Part shown: piece after piece, positions 63,701-64,000 of the stretch | Layout of the letters: every line of letters starts with the position of its first letter | How positions within the stretch are numbered: position 1 is the stretch's first letter | Assembly: GCF_000150275.1 (NCBI RefSeq) | Contig: NW_002060943.1 | Span: 7,944,066 to 8,008,065, forward strand | Reading direction: 5' to 3' | From: Trichoplax adhaerens | Lineage: Eukaryota > Animalia > Placozoa | DNA: 64,000 nt | Notes under the pieces: generated by a model | What the model was told of the DNA's origin: nothing | What the model saw: the letters and a program-made list of their open reading frames with translations, nothing else | Database searches by the model: none | Made by a program: the position numbers and the translations under genes

Positions 63701-64000
63701 ATTAACAACAAGAATTACAATATTAATCTAATAATAAATCTTACTTACTTTCATTCCTTCGTCAGAATTAACTAATGATGATATCTGGTTTAGCGAAGAC
63801 TTTATTAAACCTTCATCAGTATTCCCAGAAACGCCAGATATGATCCTTGAGATAGCCAGCGTAGCCTAACGTGATATCGATATGATCGTGAAATACGGCA
63901 GCGATAGTTAAATCAGAAGTTATAAGCCATAGTGTATAGAATCATACCTGTAAATTCACGCGAACGAAATCCCGCCCAGTATATTCGAAATTGCTTCTCA
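60786..64000 (-). CDS. DOCK-D (Zizimin, DOCK9/10/11-like) Cdc42 GEF, 3' DHR2-encoding exons (gene continues beyond the window end)
   Basis: [51 protein letters not shown]|[76 protein letters not shown]|[13 protein letters not shown]; last exon [14 protein letters not shown]. Confidence 0.93.

Overview
This is AT-rich, gene-dense eukaryotic DNA with many short GT-AG introns. It is clearly animal (Ryk, a chordin-like gene, MED12) and most consistent with a placozoan such as Trichoplax, which is an inference from composition and gene content. Nine spliced genes were reconstructed by hand: PCCA (5' part, -), XRRA1 (-), an uncharacterised RI-type LRR gene (+), a WIF-domain pseudokinase RYK (+), POLD3 (-), MCM7 (+), an RRG7/DUF2034-like PD-(D/E)XK nuclease-fold gene (-), MED12 (+), and a chordin-like gene with four VWC repeats (-). 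The 3' DHR2 part of a DOCK9/10/11-type gene (-) ends the window. Main highlights: (1) XRRA1, POLD3 and a CHRDL gene lie within about 53 kb, the same trio that is adjacent at human 11q13.4. (2) The chordin-like protein looks intermediate between Chordin and CHRDL1/2. (3) A fungal-type RRG7 gene is present in an animal. (4) MCM7 contains a U12-type intron. (5) There are three head-to-head gene pairs with fitting promoter motifs: an RFX X-box; E2F+NRF1+CCAAT; and an NRF1-like site. (6) A (GTACN)n/TACAGTA motif clusters at promoters. No RNA genes, CRISPR arrays or intact transposons were seen.
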